Source of the DNA: Nitrospirales bacterium
GTDB lineage: Bacteria > Nitrospirota > Nitrospiria > Nitrospirales > UBA8639
Direction of reading: 5' to 3'
NCBI GenBank assembly: GCA_963555755.3
Contig: OY820905.2
Location: forward strand, 2,080,001 to 2,144,000
Length of the DNA stretch: 64,000 bases
The notes below the pieces were generated by a model that was given only the letters and a program-made list of their open reading frames with translations, did no database searches and was not told where the DNA came from. This document shows, one piece after another, positions 1-9,680 of the stretch. Made by a program: the position numbers and the translations under genes. Every line of letters begins with the position of its first letter. Positions within the stretch are counted from its first letter, which is position 1.

Positions 1-2048
1 ATCAGACACTGTGGAGGCAGACACAACACAATCCAGTCAAGCTGCTCCAGGAGATCAAACCCGAACGGTTTTCAAACCTCACCCAGAATGTCGTTCTTAC
101 CCGGCAGTACCATGCCGCAGTGAAGGCCTACGATGACTACATGTCCCAAACCGACCATTGGTTTGGCTCACGGTTTCCCCATGTCGCCACTGCGCCCATC
201 GCCTACTTTTCCGCAGAATTCGGCCTTCATAATTCCATCCCTATTTATAGTGGCGGACTGGGCGTCTTGGCCGGTGACCATGTGAAAGAAGCCAGTGATT
301 TAGGCATTCCACTAGTTGCCGTGAGTTTCATGTATTCCCAAGCTTACTTTCGCCAGGTGATTGGACCGGATGGATGGCAGGAAGCCATCAATGAACGATT
401 CGATCGAGATTCTTCAGCCATACAGCCAGCCTTGCTTCCAACGGGAGAACAATGTCGCATCACCGTGCAATTAGGGAATCGACCGGTTCATTGTTTGATT
501 TGGTTTATTCAAGTCGGGCGAGTGCGACTGTATTTATTGGACACGGATGTGTCCGACAATCAGCCAGACGATCGGACCTTATCAGCCCGTCTCTATGGCG
601 GAGACCAGCAAACCCGAATATGCCAAGAAATCCTTCTGGGCATTGGTGGCGTTCGCGCACTCCGATCCCTGGGCATTCAACCACGTATGTGGCATGCCAA
701 TGAAGGCCATGCGGCCTTTCTTAATCTCGAACGTATGAGAGAGTTGCTTCAACAGGGGCAGACAGACAATGAAGCGTTGCAACAGATTCGTCACAGTTCC
801 TTGTTTACTACGCACACACCCGTCCCGGCCGGCCACGATGTCTTCTCCGAAGAAATCATGGAAAACTATTTTTCTTCTTATTGGGAAGACATGGGATTAA
901 GCCGAGAGGACTTTTTTCAATTAGGGCAGCACCCTCAGGAATCTTCTGGCCGATTTCACATGACGGCACTCGCCATTCGGTTTTCTTCAAGTGTCAATGG
1001 TGTGAGCGAAGAACATGGACGAGTATCACGAAACATGTGGCAAGGCATGTGGCCTGAACACGCCGAAGATCGAGTTCCCATTCAATACGTGACCAATGGC
1101 GTCCACATCCCCACGTGGATTGCTCCCGAGATGAGCCATCTATATTCGAAGCATTTGGGGCCACAGTGGCAGGATCATTCCGACGATGCCGCGGTTTGGC
1201 ATCGTGTGCTGGATATCCCTGATCATGACCTGTGGGAAGTCCGACAATTTCTCAAACGGAAACTGCTGAGTTTCATCAGGCAACGGATACAAAAAGGCTG
1301 GACCACAGGCCGTTTAGAGGCACAACAGGTCATCGCTGGGGGCGCCCTGCTCAATCCCTATGCCTTAACCATTGGCTTTGGTCGTCGGTTTGCCACGTAT
1401 AAACGGGCGAACCTGTTATTTTATGATCCCGATCGCTTAAAGGCGCTTCTCCAAAACCCCTGGCAGCCGGTTCAATTTGTGTTTGCCGGCAAAGCCCACC
1501 CCGCGGACAAACCCGGGCAAGAACTCATCCACGAAGTCTATCAGTTTGCCAAACAACATGACTTTGGCGGACACATCACCTTTCTCGAAGATTATGATAT
1601 GCATGTCGCGAAGTTTCTCGTTCAAGGTGTGGACGTGTGGCTGAACAATCCCCGTCCTCCATTGGAAGCCAGCGGGACGAGTGGACAAAAGGCAGCTCTC
1701 AACGGGGTTCCCAATTTGAGCGTCTTGGATGGCTGGTGGAAGGAAGGTTATGACGGAACCAATGGCTGGGCATTTCCGTTGGCTACAGAGGAATTGGAGG
1801 AAGCTGCTCAGGACCGCCATGACGCCGAAGCCCTCTTGCATCTCCTGGAAAAGGAAGTCATTCCCTTGTACTACCAGCGCGACCAGGATGGGATTCCTCA
1901 CGGGTGGGTAAAAATTGTGAAAAATGCGATTCGGACGAATGCCCCACGATTCAGTGCCAGACGCATGCTCAAAGACTATGTCCACCAATTTTATGCCATG
2001 GAACACACCAGCACACCCCCCGTTCAATCCTTCGAACAGGTGCGTTAA
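1..2048 (+). CDS. glgP: alpha-glucan (glycogen/maltodextrin) phosphorylase, 5' end outside window
   Basis: YFSAEFG..YSGGLGVLAGD, NEGH, RRFATYKR and PLP-site EASGTSGQK motifs. The frame is open from base 3 (QTLWRQTQHNPVKLL), so the true start lies upstream. Confidence 0.95.
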   Translation, partial: QTLWRQTQHNPVKLLQEIKPERFSNLTQNVVLTRQYHAAVKAYDDYMSQTDHWFGSRFPHVATAPIAYFSAEFGLHNSIPIYSGGLGVLAGDHVKEASDLGIPLVAVSFMYSQAYFRQVIGPDGWQEAINERFDRDSSAIQPALLPTGEQCRITVQLGNRPVHCLIWFIQVGRVRLYLLDTDVSDNQPDDRTLSARLYGGDQQTRICQEILLGIGGVRALRSLGIQPRMWHANEGHAAFLNLERMRELLQQGQTDNEALQQIRHSSLFTTHTPVPAGHDVFSEEIMENYFSSYWEDMGLSREDFFQLGQHPQESSGRFHMTALAIRFSSSVNGVSEEHGRVSRNMWQGMWPEHAEDRVPIQYVTNGVHIPTWIAPEMSHLYSKHLGPQWQDHSDDAAVWHRVLDIPDHDLWEVRQFLKRKLLSFIRQRIQKGWTTGRLEAQQVIAGGALLNPYALTIGFGRRFATYKRANLLFYDPDRLKALLQNPWQPVQFVFAGKAHPADKPGQELIHEVYQFAKQHDFGGHITFLEDYDMHVAKFLVQGVDVWLNNPRPPLEASGTSGQKAALNGVPNLSVLDGWWKEGYDGTNGWAFPLATEELEEAAQDRHDAEALLHLLEKEVIPLYYQRDQDGIPHGWVKIVKNAIRTNAPRFSARRMLKDYVHQFYAMEHTSTPPVQSFEQVR

Positions 2049-2093
2049 CGATTTCGGAAAAGTCGCACATATTTCGCCTCTGCGTATCTCTCC

Positions 2094-2121
2094 AAAAAGA
2101 CCAGCCACGCTGGTCTTTTTT
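2094..2121 (+). terminator. intrinsic terminator after glgP
   Basis: AAAAAGACCAGC-CAC-GCTGGTCTTTTTT hairpin with T tract. Confidence 0.8.
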
Positions 2122-2184
2122 ATTATTTGCATTCTTCCTCGGACAGATCATAGTATCCTATTCAACCGTAACGGCTCAGGTTGA

Positions 2185-2275
2185 TAGGCTGAAGGCTGAA
2201 GGCATTGAGTGCATGATCAAACAATACGTCGGGCATGTGAGATAGGTAACGGGTTCCCCGTCAGCCTTCAGCCTA
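2185..2275. repeat. heptamer-based inverted repeat (AGGCTGA units)
   Basis: TAGGCTGAAGGCTGA ... TCAGCCTTCAGCCTA. Confidence 0.55.
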
Positions 2276-2286
2276 ATTTGTGAAGC

Positions 2287-2730
2287 ATGATGATTAAATT
2301 TGTGGGCATACTGCTCCTTTTGGGAGGAATCTTTTGGGCTGGCTACTATGTTGGTCAACAACCCCCTGAGGACGTGAAACGAACGCTACGAACCATGTCG
2401 GAAGATGTGGTGGAACGAACCTTGGGATTCGAGGATGGAAAGCTGGATCTCAAACGAGAATTTCTTGAGGCCAAGTCTCGCTTTCTTGAGGGCAAAGCGG
2501 AAATCTTGGATGGCGAATATGGTGAGGCCGCGGAAGAACTGGGGGAAGCACTGAAACATCTAAAAAACGCGGTAGGAATCCAGGGGAAGAAAACCTCTCA
2601 GGTAGTCATTGATGGACTGATGTCCAAACTCAACGATATCAAACAATCCTTGGCTTCAGGCCAAGAGGTGTCTCAGGACAAGATTGATGAGGCGCAAGAA
2701 GAACTCGACGCGCTCATTTCAGAGGATTAA
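2287..2730 (+). CDS. hypothetical protein with N-terminal membrane anchor and helical body
   Basis: 147 aa ORF with a hydrophobic N-terminus and amphipathic helices. Confidence 0.75.
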   Translation: MMIKFVGILLLLGGIFWAGYYVGQQPPEDVKRTLRTMSEDVVERTLGFEDGKLDLKREFLEAKSRFLEGKAEILDGEYGEAAEELGEALKHLKNAVGIQGKKTSQVVIDGLMSKLNDIKQSLASGQEVSQDKIDEAQEELDALISED

Positions 2731-2780
2731 AATAAAGACCGACTCGATTCAAACGCTTCACGAATTACGTCTTTTCTTTA

Positions 2781-2959
2781 GGACCTGAGAGAAAATAACT
2801 TGGACATCTCGCATCCAATCTTCGGGCCATCTTTGAACGGGCCTCAATCGAAAAACCCTCAACATAGCTGTGCTATGCCTCGAGTTTTCCTCAATCGTTC
2901 CGTCCAAATCCGACCCAAATCTTGGCACGATATTGTCCAAGTTATTTTCTCTCAGGTCC
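2781..2959. mobile_element. MITE family D, complete copy
   Basis: 26-bp TIRs GGACCTGAGAGAAAATAACTTGGACA / TGTCCAAGTTATTTTCTCTCAGGTCC, flanked by TTA on both sides. A second, partial copy lies at ~23698-23824. Confidence 0.85.
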
Positions 2960-3874
2960 TTAGGCGTTAGCCGCCTCTTTTTCCGTCTCCTTGACCCGAT
3001 CTTTTTTCCAGACAGCGAGAATGCGTTCGACCCTCATGCGCACGACAAGATCCGGGTCTTTCATCAAGGGTTTGATGGCCACTCGGCCTCGAGGATCACC
3101 GATTTTTTCCAATGAGGACGCGGCGGTCAAACGGACCATCCAATCTTGATCCTGAAGCAACGCAATAAGCGGATCCACGGCCTGGGCATCTTGGATGTCT
3201 CCCAGAGCAAGGATGGATTGTTTTTGGACGAAATCATCGCGGTGACTCAGCGCTTCAATGAGTTTGGGCACAGCAGGTGGGCCAAGATCCACAAGCGCAC
3301 GGGTGGCATCATCTTTAAACTCATCGCTTTTCAGCCACGAGATTAACGGGTCGAGTACGCGTTCATCGTTAATCTTTCCAAGCGTCCGAAGGACGTATTT
3401 TCGAGATTCCCAGTCCCGTACAAACCGCAGGAGCAGGTCCACCGCCGGCGGCCCAATATCGCTAACAGCTTCTACCGCGGCTTCCCGAACCTGCCAGTCT
3501 CCATCCCGCAGCGCCCGGCACAGCGGGTCCACACACCGTTCATCGGCCATTTCCCCCAGTGTGATGACCGCTTCGCGTCTCACCACCCAATCGGTGTCTT
3601 GCATTAAATCGATTTGAATGTCGATTTCATCTTTGACTTTTTCTTCTTCAAGCTCGTACTCCGCGTCTTCGTCCGTTTCTTCTTCCGCTTCCTCTTCCGT
3701 TTCCCCTTCCACTATTTCTGCATCAGCTGAAGCCACGACCTCTCCATCCATGATGGAATCAGAGAATTCATCGACCATGTCATCCGTGACAACCTGATCC
3801 GAATCGTCAGCCACCTGCGTTTCAGAATTTTCAGCTTCCGGTTCTTCCGAAGAAGATTTGAGATCTTCACTCAT
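2960..3874 (-). CDS. HEAT-repeat (PBS lyase HEAT-like) protein with acidic N-terminal tail
   Basis: repeated D.DW.VR..A...LG motifs; N-terminal ~80 aa very rich in D/E. Confidence 0.9.
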   Translation of the reverse strand: MSEDLKSSSEEPEAENSETQVADDSDQVVTDDMVDEFSDSIMDGEVVASADAEIVEGETEEEAEEETDEDAEYELEEEKVKDEIDIQIDLMQDTDWVVRREAVITLGEMADERCVDPLCRALRDGDWQVREAAVEAVSDIGPPAVDLLLRFVRDWESRKYVLRTLGKINDERVLDPLISWLKSDEFKDDATRALVDLGPPAVPKLIEALSHRDDFVQKQSILALGDIQDAQAVDPLIALLQDQDWMVRLTAASSLEKIGDPRGRVAIKPLMKDPDLVVRMRVERILAVWKKDRVKETEKEAANA

Positions 3875-3946
3875 AACACAACTCCCCTTTCACGCACCTC
3901 AAGGTATGACTTAACCCTTGTTTGATCTTTTTGACTCTAAGACGTA

Positions 3947-4147
3947 TTAGGCCTTCGCCTTCTTTTTACCCGCCGCTTGTGCAATACGAGCCGCCCGAGA
4001 ACTGATTTTTCGCTGCACACGTTTAAGACGTTTGCGGAGTCTCCGCAAAACGGCATCACCTTCGGTTTTCTCGCTTTTGGCACAACCTTCCGTGACTTTT
4101 TTCTTTAACGCTCCTAAATCATCTGCTAATAAACGCTTTTTGCCCAT
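3947..4147 (-). CDS. small basic hypothetical protein
   Basis: 66 aa, K/R-rich, GGAGGAG SD upstream. Confidence 0.65.
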   Translation of the reverse strand: MGKKRLLADDLGALKKKVTEGCAKSEKTEGDAVLRRLRKRLKRVQRKISSRAARIAQAAGKKKAKA

Positions 4148-4308
4148 GAATTTCTCCTCCGCAATGAACCCCCATCCTGGGACTGGAAACTTCCTCTATT
4201 TCTTGAGTCTAGTCAACGCCATTCCTGGGTGTCAACTTTAACAAATAATCGTGGAGAGGGGACTAGTGGAGGGAGTAAGGCCATGTCCAAGAATACATTC
4301 TTTGAAGT

Positions 4309-4842
4309 TCAGTCTTTTCCCATGGGGCTTCTTACTCGTTGCCAGTTCAGGCAAAAACTTCGTTCGTAGGCCAGGATTTTCCAGGCTTCATCTTCGGTGA
4401 TCGTGACAGGAATCATAGGAACCATACCCGTTCCCGGGCTTCCATTTTTTAGAATCCAAAATAATTCACCATCACGCCGGCGCGCATGAAACCGACAATT
4501 CGTAAAATTACGTGGGCTCGGAGTGAGTTGGCGACCCACGGGGCCATCCCCAAGCCCAAATTCGCCATGGCAACTCACACAGGTGCCCTTCCCCTCGTAC
4601 AACACCTTCCCCTCGTACAACACCTTCCCCTCAGCAATGATATCGGGAGGGGCCTGCTTCGTGACACCAAATGGGGGAATCATTTTTCTGGCCATCGCCC
4701 GCTCCATGACTGGAACCCGAGGCCGCAAAGACTCCGCTTCTTGAGCAAAAAGCGGCGTCCACGACGGGGCAACAACCAACAACACGATGCCCAAGAAAAT
4801 AGTCCGGCTCCTCAAAATTTGTTTCGGCACAGTCTGTCTCAT
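4309..4842 (-). CDS. periplasmic monoheme cytochrome c (paralog 2)
   Basis: signal peptide, CVSCH heme motif, GSPGTGM distal Met; start set at MRQTV. Confidence 0.9.
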   Translation of the reverse strand: MRQTVPKQILRSRTIFLGIVLLVVAPSWTPLFAQEAESLRPRVPVMERAMARKMIPPFGVTKQAPPDIIAEGKVLYEGKVLYEGKGTCVSCHGEFGLGDGPVGRQLTPSPRNFTNCRFHARRRDGELFWILKNGSPGTGMVPMIPVTITEDEAWKILAYERSFCLNWQRVRSPMGKD

Positions 4843-4861
4843 CTTTTCACCAGCATTGAGC

Positions 4862-4903
4862 AAAAAAACCCCGCTTAGGTTCCATCCTAAACAGGGCTTT
4901 TTT
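4862..4903 (-). terminator. possible bidirectional terminator/attenuator between the two cytochrome genes
   Basis: AAAAAAACCCCGCTTAGG-TTCCAT-CCTAAACAGGGCTTTTTT imperfect hairpin. Confidence 0.5.
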
Positions 4904-4928
4904 TATTCTTCAGGAAAGAATCCTGAAA

Positions 4929-5402
4929 TTACTTTTTTTTACGCCATTTCTTACAGAAGCTCCGCTCGTAGGCTATCACCTTCCACGCATCTTCTTCGGA
5001 AATGGTCGCAGGCACCAGGGACACCATTCCGGTCCCTGGGCTGCCATTCTTAATGACCCAGAACAATTCACCATCTTTCCGTTTCTTGTGGAATTTGCAA
5101 TTGGTGAAATCCCGGGGACCTGGGGTTAACACTTTACCAGCAAGGCCTTTGCCATCACCGAGTTTTCCATGGCAATTGACGCAGGTACCCTTGCCTTCAA
5201 AAATCGCCTTCCCTTCCGCCACGATTTCGTCTGACACCTTTTTGCTCTTTCCATAGGGCGCCTTCAATTTTTTTGCGGCCCCCTTTTCAGCCCTCGGAAC
5301 CCTTGATTTCTTCCAATCTCCTTCGGGCCCAGCAAAGGCCACGTTGCCACTGACAAAGGCAAATGCCGTGATCAAACTACAAATCGCTAAAAACTTCTTC
5401 AT
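4929..5402 (-). CDS. periplasmic monoheme cytochrome c (paralog 1)
   Basis: MKKFLA signal peptide after AGGAGG SD, CVNCH, GSPGTGM. Confidence 0.92.
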   Translation of the reverse strand: MKKFLAICSLITAFAFVSGNVAFAGPEGDWKKSRVPRAEKGAAKKLKAPYGKSKKVSDEIVAEGKAIFEGKGTCVNCHGKLGDGKGLAGKVLTPGPRDFTNCKFHKKRKDGELFWVIKNGSPGTGMVSLVPATISEEDAWKVIAYERSFCKKWRKKK

Positions 5403-5583
5403 GAATTCCTCCTTTGATAATGAGATCGCATACAAAAAAACAGTTGGGGCCACTATCCGTGGTCACCGCAAAACCCTATTTTTTTCATGATACTCCTCGG
5501 TTCCCTTGATTTCAAAGCATGCAAAACGCCAAAATATATCAACGCTTTTTTAATATTGTCAAGGCTGAACCACAACCATGAGA

Positions 5584-6012
5584 TCACATTAAGTCATTGT
5601 TTTTGAAAGGTTTTCTGTCGCCACGTTCAAACACTTTTGGCAAGAGATCTTCGATGACATGCAATTGGATTGTTCCACACTTATCCACAAGTATGATTTG
5701 CAGACCAGGAGCAAATTCCCACAACAGTTGTCGACAGGTGCCACAGGGAGGACAATGCACCCCTTCCTCGCACACAATGGCCAATGCTAAAAATTTTCGA
5801 AATCCCTCAGACAGAGCTTTAAATAACGCTACGCGTTCAGCGCAAATACCGAGATACACAGGGCTTTCAATGTTGCACCCTGTCAATATGGCGCCATGAT
5901 CGGTTTGCAAGGCTGCCCCGACACGAAAGCCCGAGGAGGGCGCCACCGCATGCTGATAGGCAGCTTCCGCAGCTTTGATTAATGGTTGGATATCAAGGGG
6001 TTGTTCGGACAT
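5584..6012 (-). CDS. cdd: cytidine deaminase (Cys-type)
   Basis: A.AP.S.F.VGAA, GCNIE, CAER and PCGTCRQ zinc motifs; start approximate. Confidence 0.93.
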   Translation of the reverse strand: MSEQPLDIQPLIKAAEAAYQHAVAPSSGFRVGAALQTDHGAILTGCNIESPVYLGICAERVALFKALSEGFRKFLALAIVCEEGVHCPPCGTCRQLLWEFAPGLQIILVDKCGTIQLHVIEDLLPKVFERGDRKPFKNNDLM

Positions 6013-6066
6013 CGGAGGGTACAATTTTGTGATTGGGAGGATTTTACTCCGTAAAGGAGTCTGTTG

Positions 6067-6109
6067 AATAATTCAAAAATAATTCAAAAATAATTCAAAA
6101 ATAATTCAA
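6067..6109. repeat. 11-bp tandem repeat (AATAATTCAAA) x~3.9
   Basis: read directly from sequence upstream of cdd. Confidence 0.85.
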
Positions 6110-6144
6110 TTTTGCGACAAACACCTTGAGGTATAAAGAGAACA

Positions 6145-6315
6145 GGGGCCGTTCAAAAAGGCCGCCCAGCAAGGCCACCGGGCCTTTGGCGCACGGAGCA
6201 TACGGGAGTACAACAAAGGCTCGACCTACCTGCACGAAGCCGTTTCGGCGGAGGCAGGGAACGCAGCTGGGGGATCCTTCGAAAAGACTCAGGACATGCT
6301 TTTTCAACAGCACCC
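6145..6315. mobile_element. MITE family A copy with a nested small hairpin (6225-6258)
   Basis: ends GGGGCCGTTCAAAAAG / CTTTTTCAACAGCACCC, core CAGCAAGGCC...GGAGCRTAC; inverted relative to the copy at 8576-8720. Confidence 0.8.
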
Positions 6316-7242
6316 TTATGGTTTGATTTCGAGGTCACGTATCACCGTTCCACGTTCTCCAAAGGGTCCGCGCGGTTCTCCGTTGAGAGTCACCTTGACC
6401 CCGCCGGCATTTCCCAGAGTCAAGAAAAATCGGTCATGAGCCCGCCAAAGCGCCCGCTCTCCTGGTTGCAATAAGGCCTCATGCGGCTCTCGGTCATCAG
6501 ATCGGACAACAACCCAAGTGATTTCCAATGCCTCCAACTCCAACATTAAGGGTCCGTCCTGTTCGCCCATTCCCGGCTCGAACGGGGAACGCATTGTCCT
6601 CACAACCCTAACTGGCGGGGCAACCGATGCTTCTTCAACGACTTCCACCGGCCCGGGATCAAGCTGGGTACCCCCTGATGGTGTTGGGACAGTTTTTGAT
6701 ACCGGGGTAACCGGGAACGGAGCCTCCTCTACATTCAACGATGATGTTGGATTTTGTGCCTCCGAGGAAACTGCTTGACCTGCCTCTGGTTCATCCGCAG
6801 GTTGAGTCGAGAAGTCGGATGCAGTCTTAGATTTTTGCTCTTGGAAAGAAGTTGGTGACGGTGATTGTTCGTTGGGCAAAATAAATACAAGCCCAACCAG
6901 AATCACCCCTGTCAGAATAATCACCGCATTTCGATTCGCTTTCCCCTTGCGATCTTCCTCCTCACGTTTGATGACCTGTTGATGGTCCTCCTCCTCCTTC
7001 TGATAATACGACCCGGCTACAGCTGAAAAACGCCGCAGGGCTTCTTCCTCCTCCACCCCCAACATCTGGGCGTAGGTCCGGACAAACCCTTTGGTAAAGA
7101 CTTTTTGAGGAAGCATATGAAAATTTTCTTCCTCTAAAGCTTGCAAATAGGATTCCTGGATCCTTGTGATGGCACCCACCTGCTCTAGCGTTAAGTCCTT
7201 AGCTTCTCGTGCCTCTCGGAAAAATGTCCCTAACGAATCCAT
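6316..7242 (-). CDS. rodZ: cytoskeleton protein RodZ (HTH, TM, DUF4115)
   Basis: LG..FREARE..LTLEQV...TRI..YLQALEE HTH, single TM, C-terminal LTLGNAGGV.V.LNG. Confidence 0.9.
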   Translation of the reverse strand: MDSLGTFFREAREAKDLTLEQVGAITRIQESYLQALEEENFHMLPQKVFTKGFVRTYAQMLGVEEEEALRRFSAVAGSYYQKEEEDHQQVIKREEEDRKGKANRNAVIILTGVILVGLVFILPNEQSPSPTSFQEQKSKTASDFSTQPADEPEAGQAVSSEAQNPTSSLNVEEAPFPVTPVSKTVPTPSGGTQLDPGPVEVVEEASVAPPVRVVRTMRSPFEPGMGEQDGPLMLELEALEITWVVVRSDDREPHEALLQPGERALWRAHDRFFLTLGNAGGVKVTLNGEPRGPFGERGTVIRDLEIKP

Positions 7243-7351
7243 GCTTGCGCCTCAACCAACCTATTACACTGAATCAGCCTTAAGAGAAAACCCTGAATGA
7301 AAAACATGCAGCTTGCACCCGCCAAGATCATCGAACCAGACCTGTTCCACC

Positions 7352-7592
7352 CTAGAAGCCTGTCCCAGATTAGCCGAATCTACTGCGGATAGGCGGATTT
7401 GTCCAGATCTTCCAATCCTTTTCGGGGAATGTTGAACAAGGCCCCCAGCAGCGTTCTCGGGCTTGCTGGACAGCCTTTTTGAACAATCCCCGTTTTCGTT
7501 GAACAGTCCCGCTATTCGCTTCAAACAATCGAAACATCTGACTCAAATCGCCACATCCTCGCAACGATCGCTAATCTCGGACTGGCTCCTAG
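7352..7592. mobile_element. composite MITE family B with internal family-A remnant (7424-7491)
   Basis: TIR CTAGAAGCCTGTCCCAGATTAG / CTAATCTCGGACTGGCTCCTAG; inverted homolog at 19977-20365. Confidence 0.8.
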
Positions 7593-7631
7593 CACTGCTA
7601 CTAATGGGAAAGACCCCAATCTTGGGGTCCT

Positions 7632-8546
7632 TTATGAGAGGTCCTCGAAATGTGTGAGACGCTTGAACTCTCGAAAGCGGGTTTCTACTTCCTTATAGTC
7701 CAGGTCGCGCAAACGGTCAAGACTAAAGGCTTCCACATTAAAGGACGCCATGACGGTTCCAAACACGATAGCTCTCCGAAGGCCAGCATCGGAAAAATCA
7801 CCAGACGCCGCCAGATGCCCCATAAATCCTCCGGCAAAGGTATCGCCGGCACCGGTTGGATCTTTTACCATCTCCAAAGGAAACGCGGGCGCGCCAAAGG
7901 TTTGCTTTTCATTAAACATGAGCACACCGTATTCACCCCGCTTAATAATAAGATGCTTGGGACCGCGTGCGAGCACGTCCTTGGCCACTTTGACCAGATT
8001 GGAATCCTGACCCAACTCTCGGGCCTCCCCATCATTGATCACGAGCACATCGACTTTTTCCAGGACCTTCCACAAGGCCTCACGCTTTCCTCCGATCCAA
8101 AAATTCATGGTATCGCAGGCCACGAGTTTTGGACGCTGCACTTGATTCAATACATCTAATTGCAACTCAGGATCGATATTGCCTAAAAACAACAAATCTG
8201 GATTTCGATAGTGATCGGGAATTTTCGGTCGAAATGTTTCAAGGACATTGAGTTGCGTATCGAGAGTTTGCGCTTCATTGAGTTGGTAGGAATATTCCCC
8301 TTTCCATCGAAAAGTCTTTCCGCTGCGGCGCTCGAGTCCAGAGATATCGATTCCCCGGCTTTTTAAAAATTCAATGTGCTTCTCGGGGAAGTCCTCGCCA
8401 ACCACGGCGATGAGATCCACCCCTGTAAAAAAACTGGCCGCGATTGAAAAATAGGTTGCCGACCCTCCCAAGACATCTTCCACTTCACCAAACGGGGTCT
8501 TGACCGTATCAAAGGCAACGGACCCCACCACTAACAATTTCCCCAT
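7632..8546 (-). CDS. PfkB/ribokinase-family sugar or nucleoside kinase
   Basis: GSVAFD, GGSATY and DPTGAGDTFAGG PfkB signature. Confidence 0.93.
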   Translation of the reverse strand: MGKLLVVGSVAFDTVKTPFGEVEDVLGGSATYFSIAASFFTGVDLIAVVGEDFPEKHIEFLKSRGIDISGLERRSGKTFRWKGEYSYQLNEAQTLDTQLNVLETFRPKIPDHYRNPDLLFLGNIDPELQLDVLNQVQRPKLVACDTMNFWIGGKREALWKVLEKVDVLVINDGEARELGQDSNLVKVAKDVLARGPKHLIIKRGEYGVLMFNEKQTFGAPAFPLEMVKDPTGAGDTFAGGFMGHLAASGDFSDAGLRRAIVFGTVMASFNVEAFSLDRLRDLDYKEVETRFREFKRLTHFEDLS

Positions 8547-8575
8547 GTCATCCACTCCTTTGTGATTTTTTCTTA

Positions 8576-8720
8576 GGGGCTGTTGAAAAAGCATGTCCTG
8601 AGTCATTTCGAAGGACCCCCCAGCGGCGTTCTCGGCCCGTTGTTGTGCTCACGTACAAGAGTACGCTCCGCGCCCCAACGGGCCTGCGGCCTTGCTGGAC
8701 GGACCTTTTTGAACAGCCCC
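8576..8720. mobile_element. MITE family A copy
   Basis: GGGGCTGTTGAAAAAG ... CTTTTTGAACAGCCCC TIRs. Confidence 0.85.
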
Positions 8721-8783
8721 TTGTCCTGCTGGTACTTTTAGATGTTGAATGGCTTTCGCCAGATTGAGAAATTTTTGAGTTAT

Positions 8784-9665
8784 TCAACGCTTCTTCTTAG
8801 TTTTAGGCGGCAGAAATAATTGATAGCGCCGTTTGGCCAAAGCAGAAATCGCGGTTGGCGACGTCACGATAGCCTGTTGCAATGCGGTTCCACATCCACA
8901 GGTCCGTGACCCAGCCATATACTCCAGCGCTTGTACGATCACGCGTTTGGCCTGCGCCACATTGTCATGCATGATGTGCAAAATAGCTTCAACCGTCACC
9001 GATTCCTCGGTCTCATGCCAGCAATCGTAATCCGTCACTAACGCCAGCGTGGCGTAACACATTTCCGCCTCGCGCGCGAGCTTCGCCTCAGGAATATTGG
9101 TCATACCGATCACGTCCACACCCCATTGCCGATACAGCATGGACTCTGCCTTGGTGGAAAATTGAGGCCCTTCGATGCACACATAGGTGCCTCCAACATG
9201 GGTGGTCACCCCCACCTGTTTGGCCGCGCGACCAACAATCCCTGAGAGATCACTGCAGATCGGCTCGGCAAAAGCCACATGCGCGACCAGGCCTCGATCA
9301 AAAAACGTTCCCATTCGTTGACTCGTCCGGTCAACAAACTGATCCGGCAAGACGAAATGCCTCGGCTCGATATGTTCCTTCATGCTCCCAACGGCACTGA
9401 CGGAAATGATCCTGGAAATCCCAAGAGATTTGAGGGCATAGATATTGGCGCGATAGTTAATCATCGAGGGGCTGATCCGATGCCCTCGACCATGCCGCGA
9501 TAAAAACCCGACTCGTTGTCCGGCAAGTGTTCCGATCACGATAGCATCTGACGGCTTCCCAAAAGGCGTGGCTATCCGCACTTCACGAATGCGAGTCAAT
9601 CCTTCCATTTCATACAGACCACTGCCGCCAATTATGGCAATATCCGCTCGAGGTTTTACCGCCAT
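8784..9665 (-). CDS. mtnP: S-methyl-5'-thioadenosine phosphorylase
   Basis: IIGGSGLY, RHGRGH, EGPQFSTKAES, GMT..PEAKLAREAE, TDYDCW. Confidence 0.95.
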   Translation of the reverse strand: MAVKPRADIAIIGGSGLYEMEGLTRIREVRIATPFGKPSDAIVIGTLAGQRVGFLSRHGRGHRISPSMINYRANIYALKSLGISRIISVSAVGSMKEHIEPRHFVLPDQFVDRTSQRMGTFFDRGLVAHVAFAEPICSDLSGIVGRAAKQVGVTTHVGGTYVCIEGPQFSTKAESMLYRQWGVDVIGMTNIPEAKLAREAEMCYATLALVTDYDCWHETEESVTVEAILHIMHDNVAQAKRVIVQALEYMAGSRTCGCGTALQQAIVTSPTAISALAKRRYQLFLPPKTKKKR

Positions 9666-9680
9666 GGCCGTTTTATCTTC

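Noticed and set aside
1437..2132. Long antisense ORFs (also 18133-18663, 30536-31270, 51778-52443, 60878-61519)
   Set aside because: Shadow ORFs opposite well-supported genes, with no motifs.
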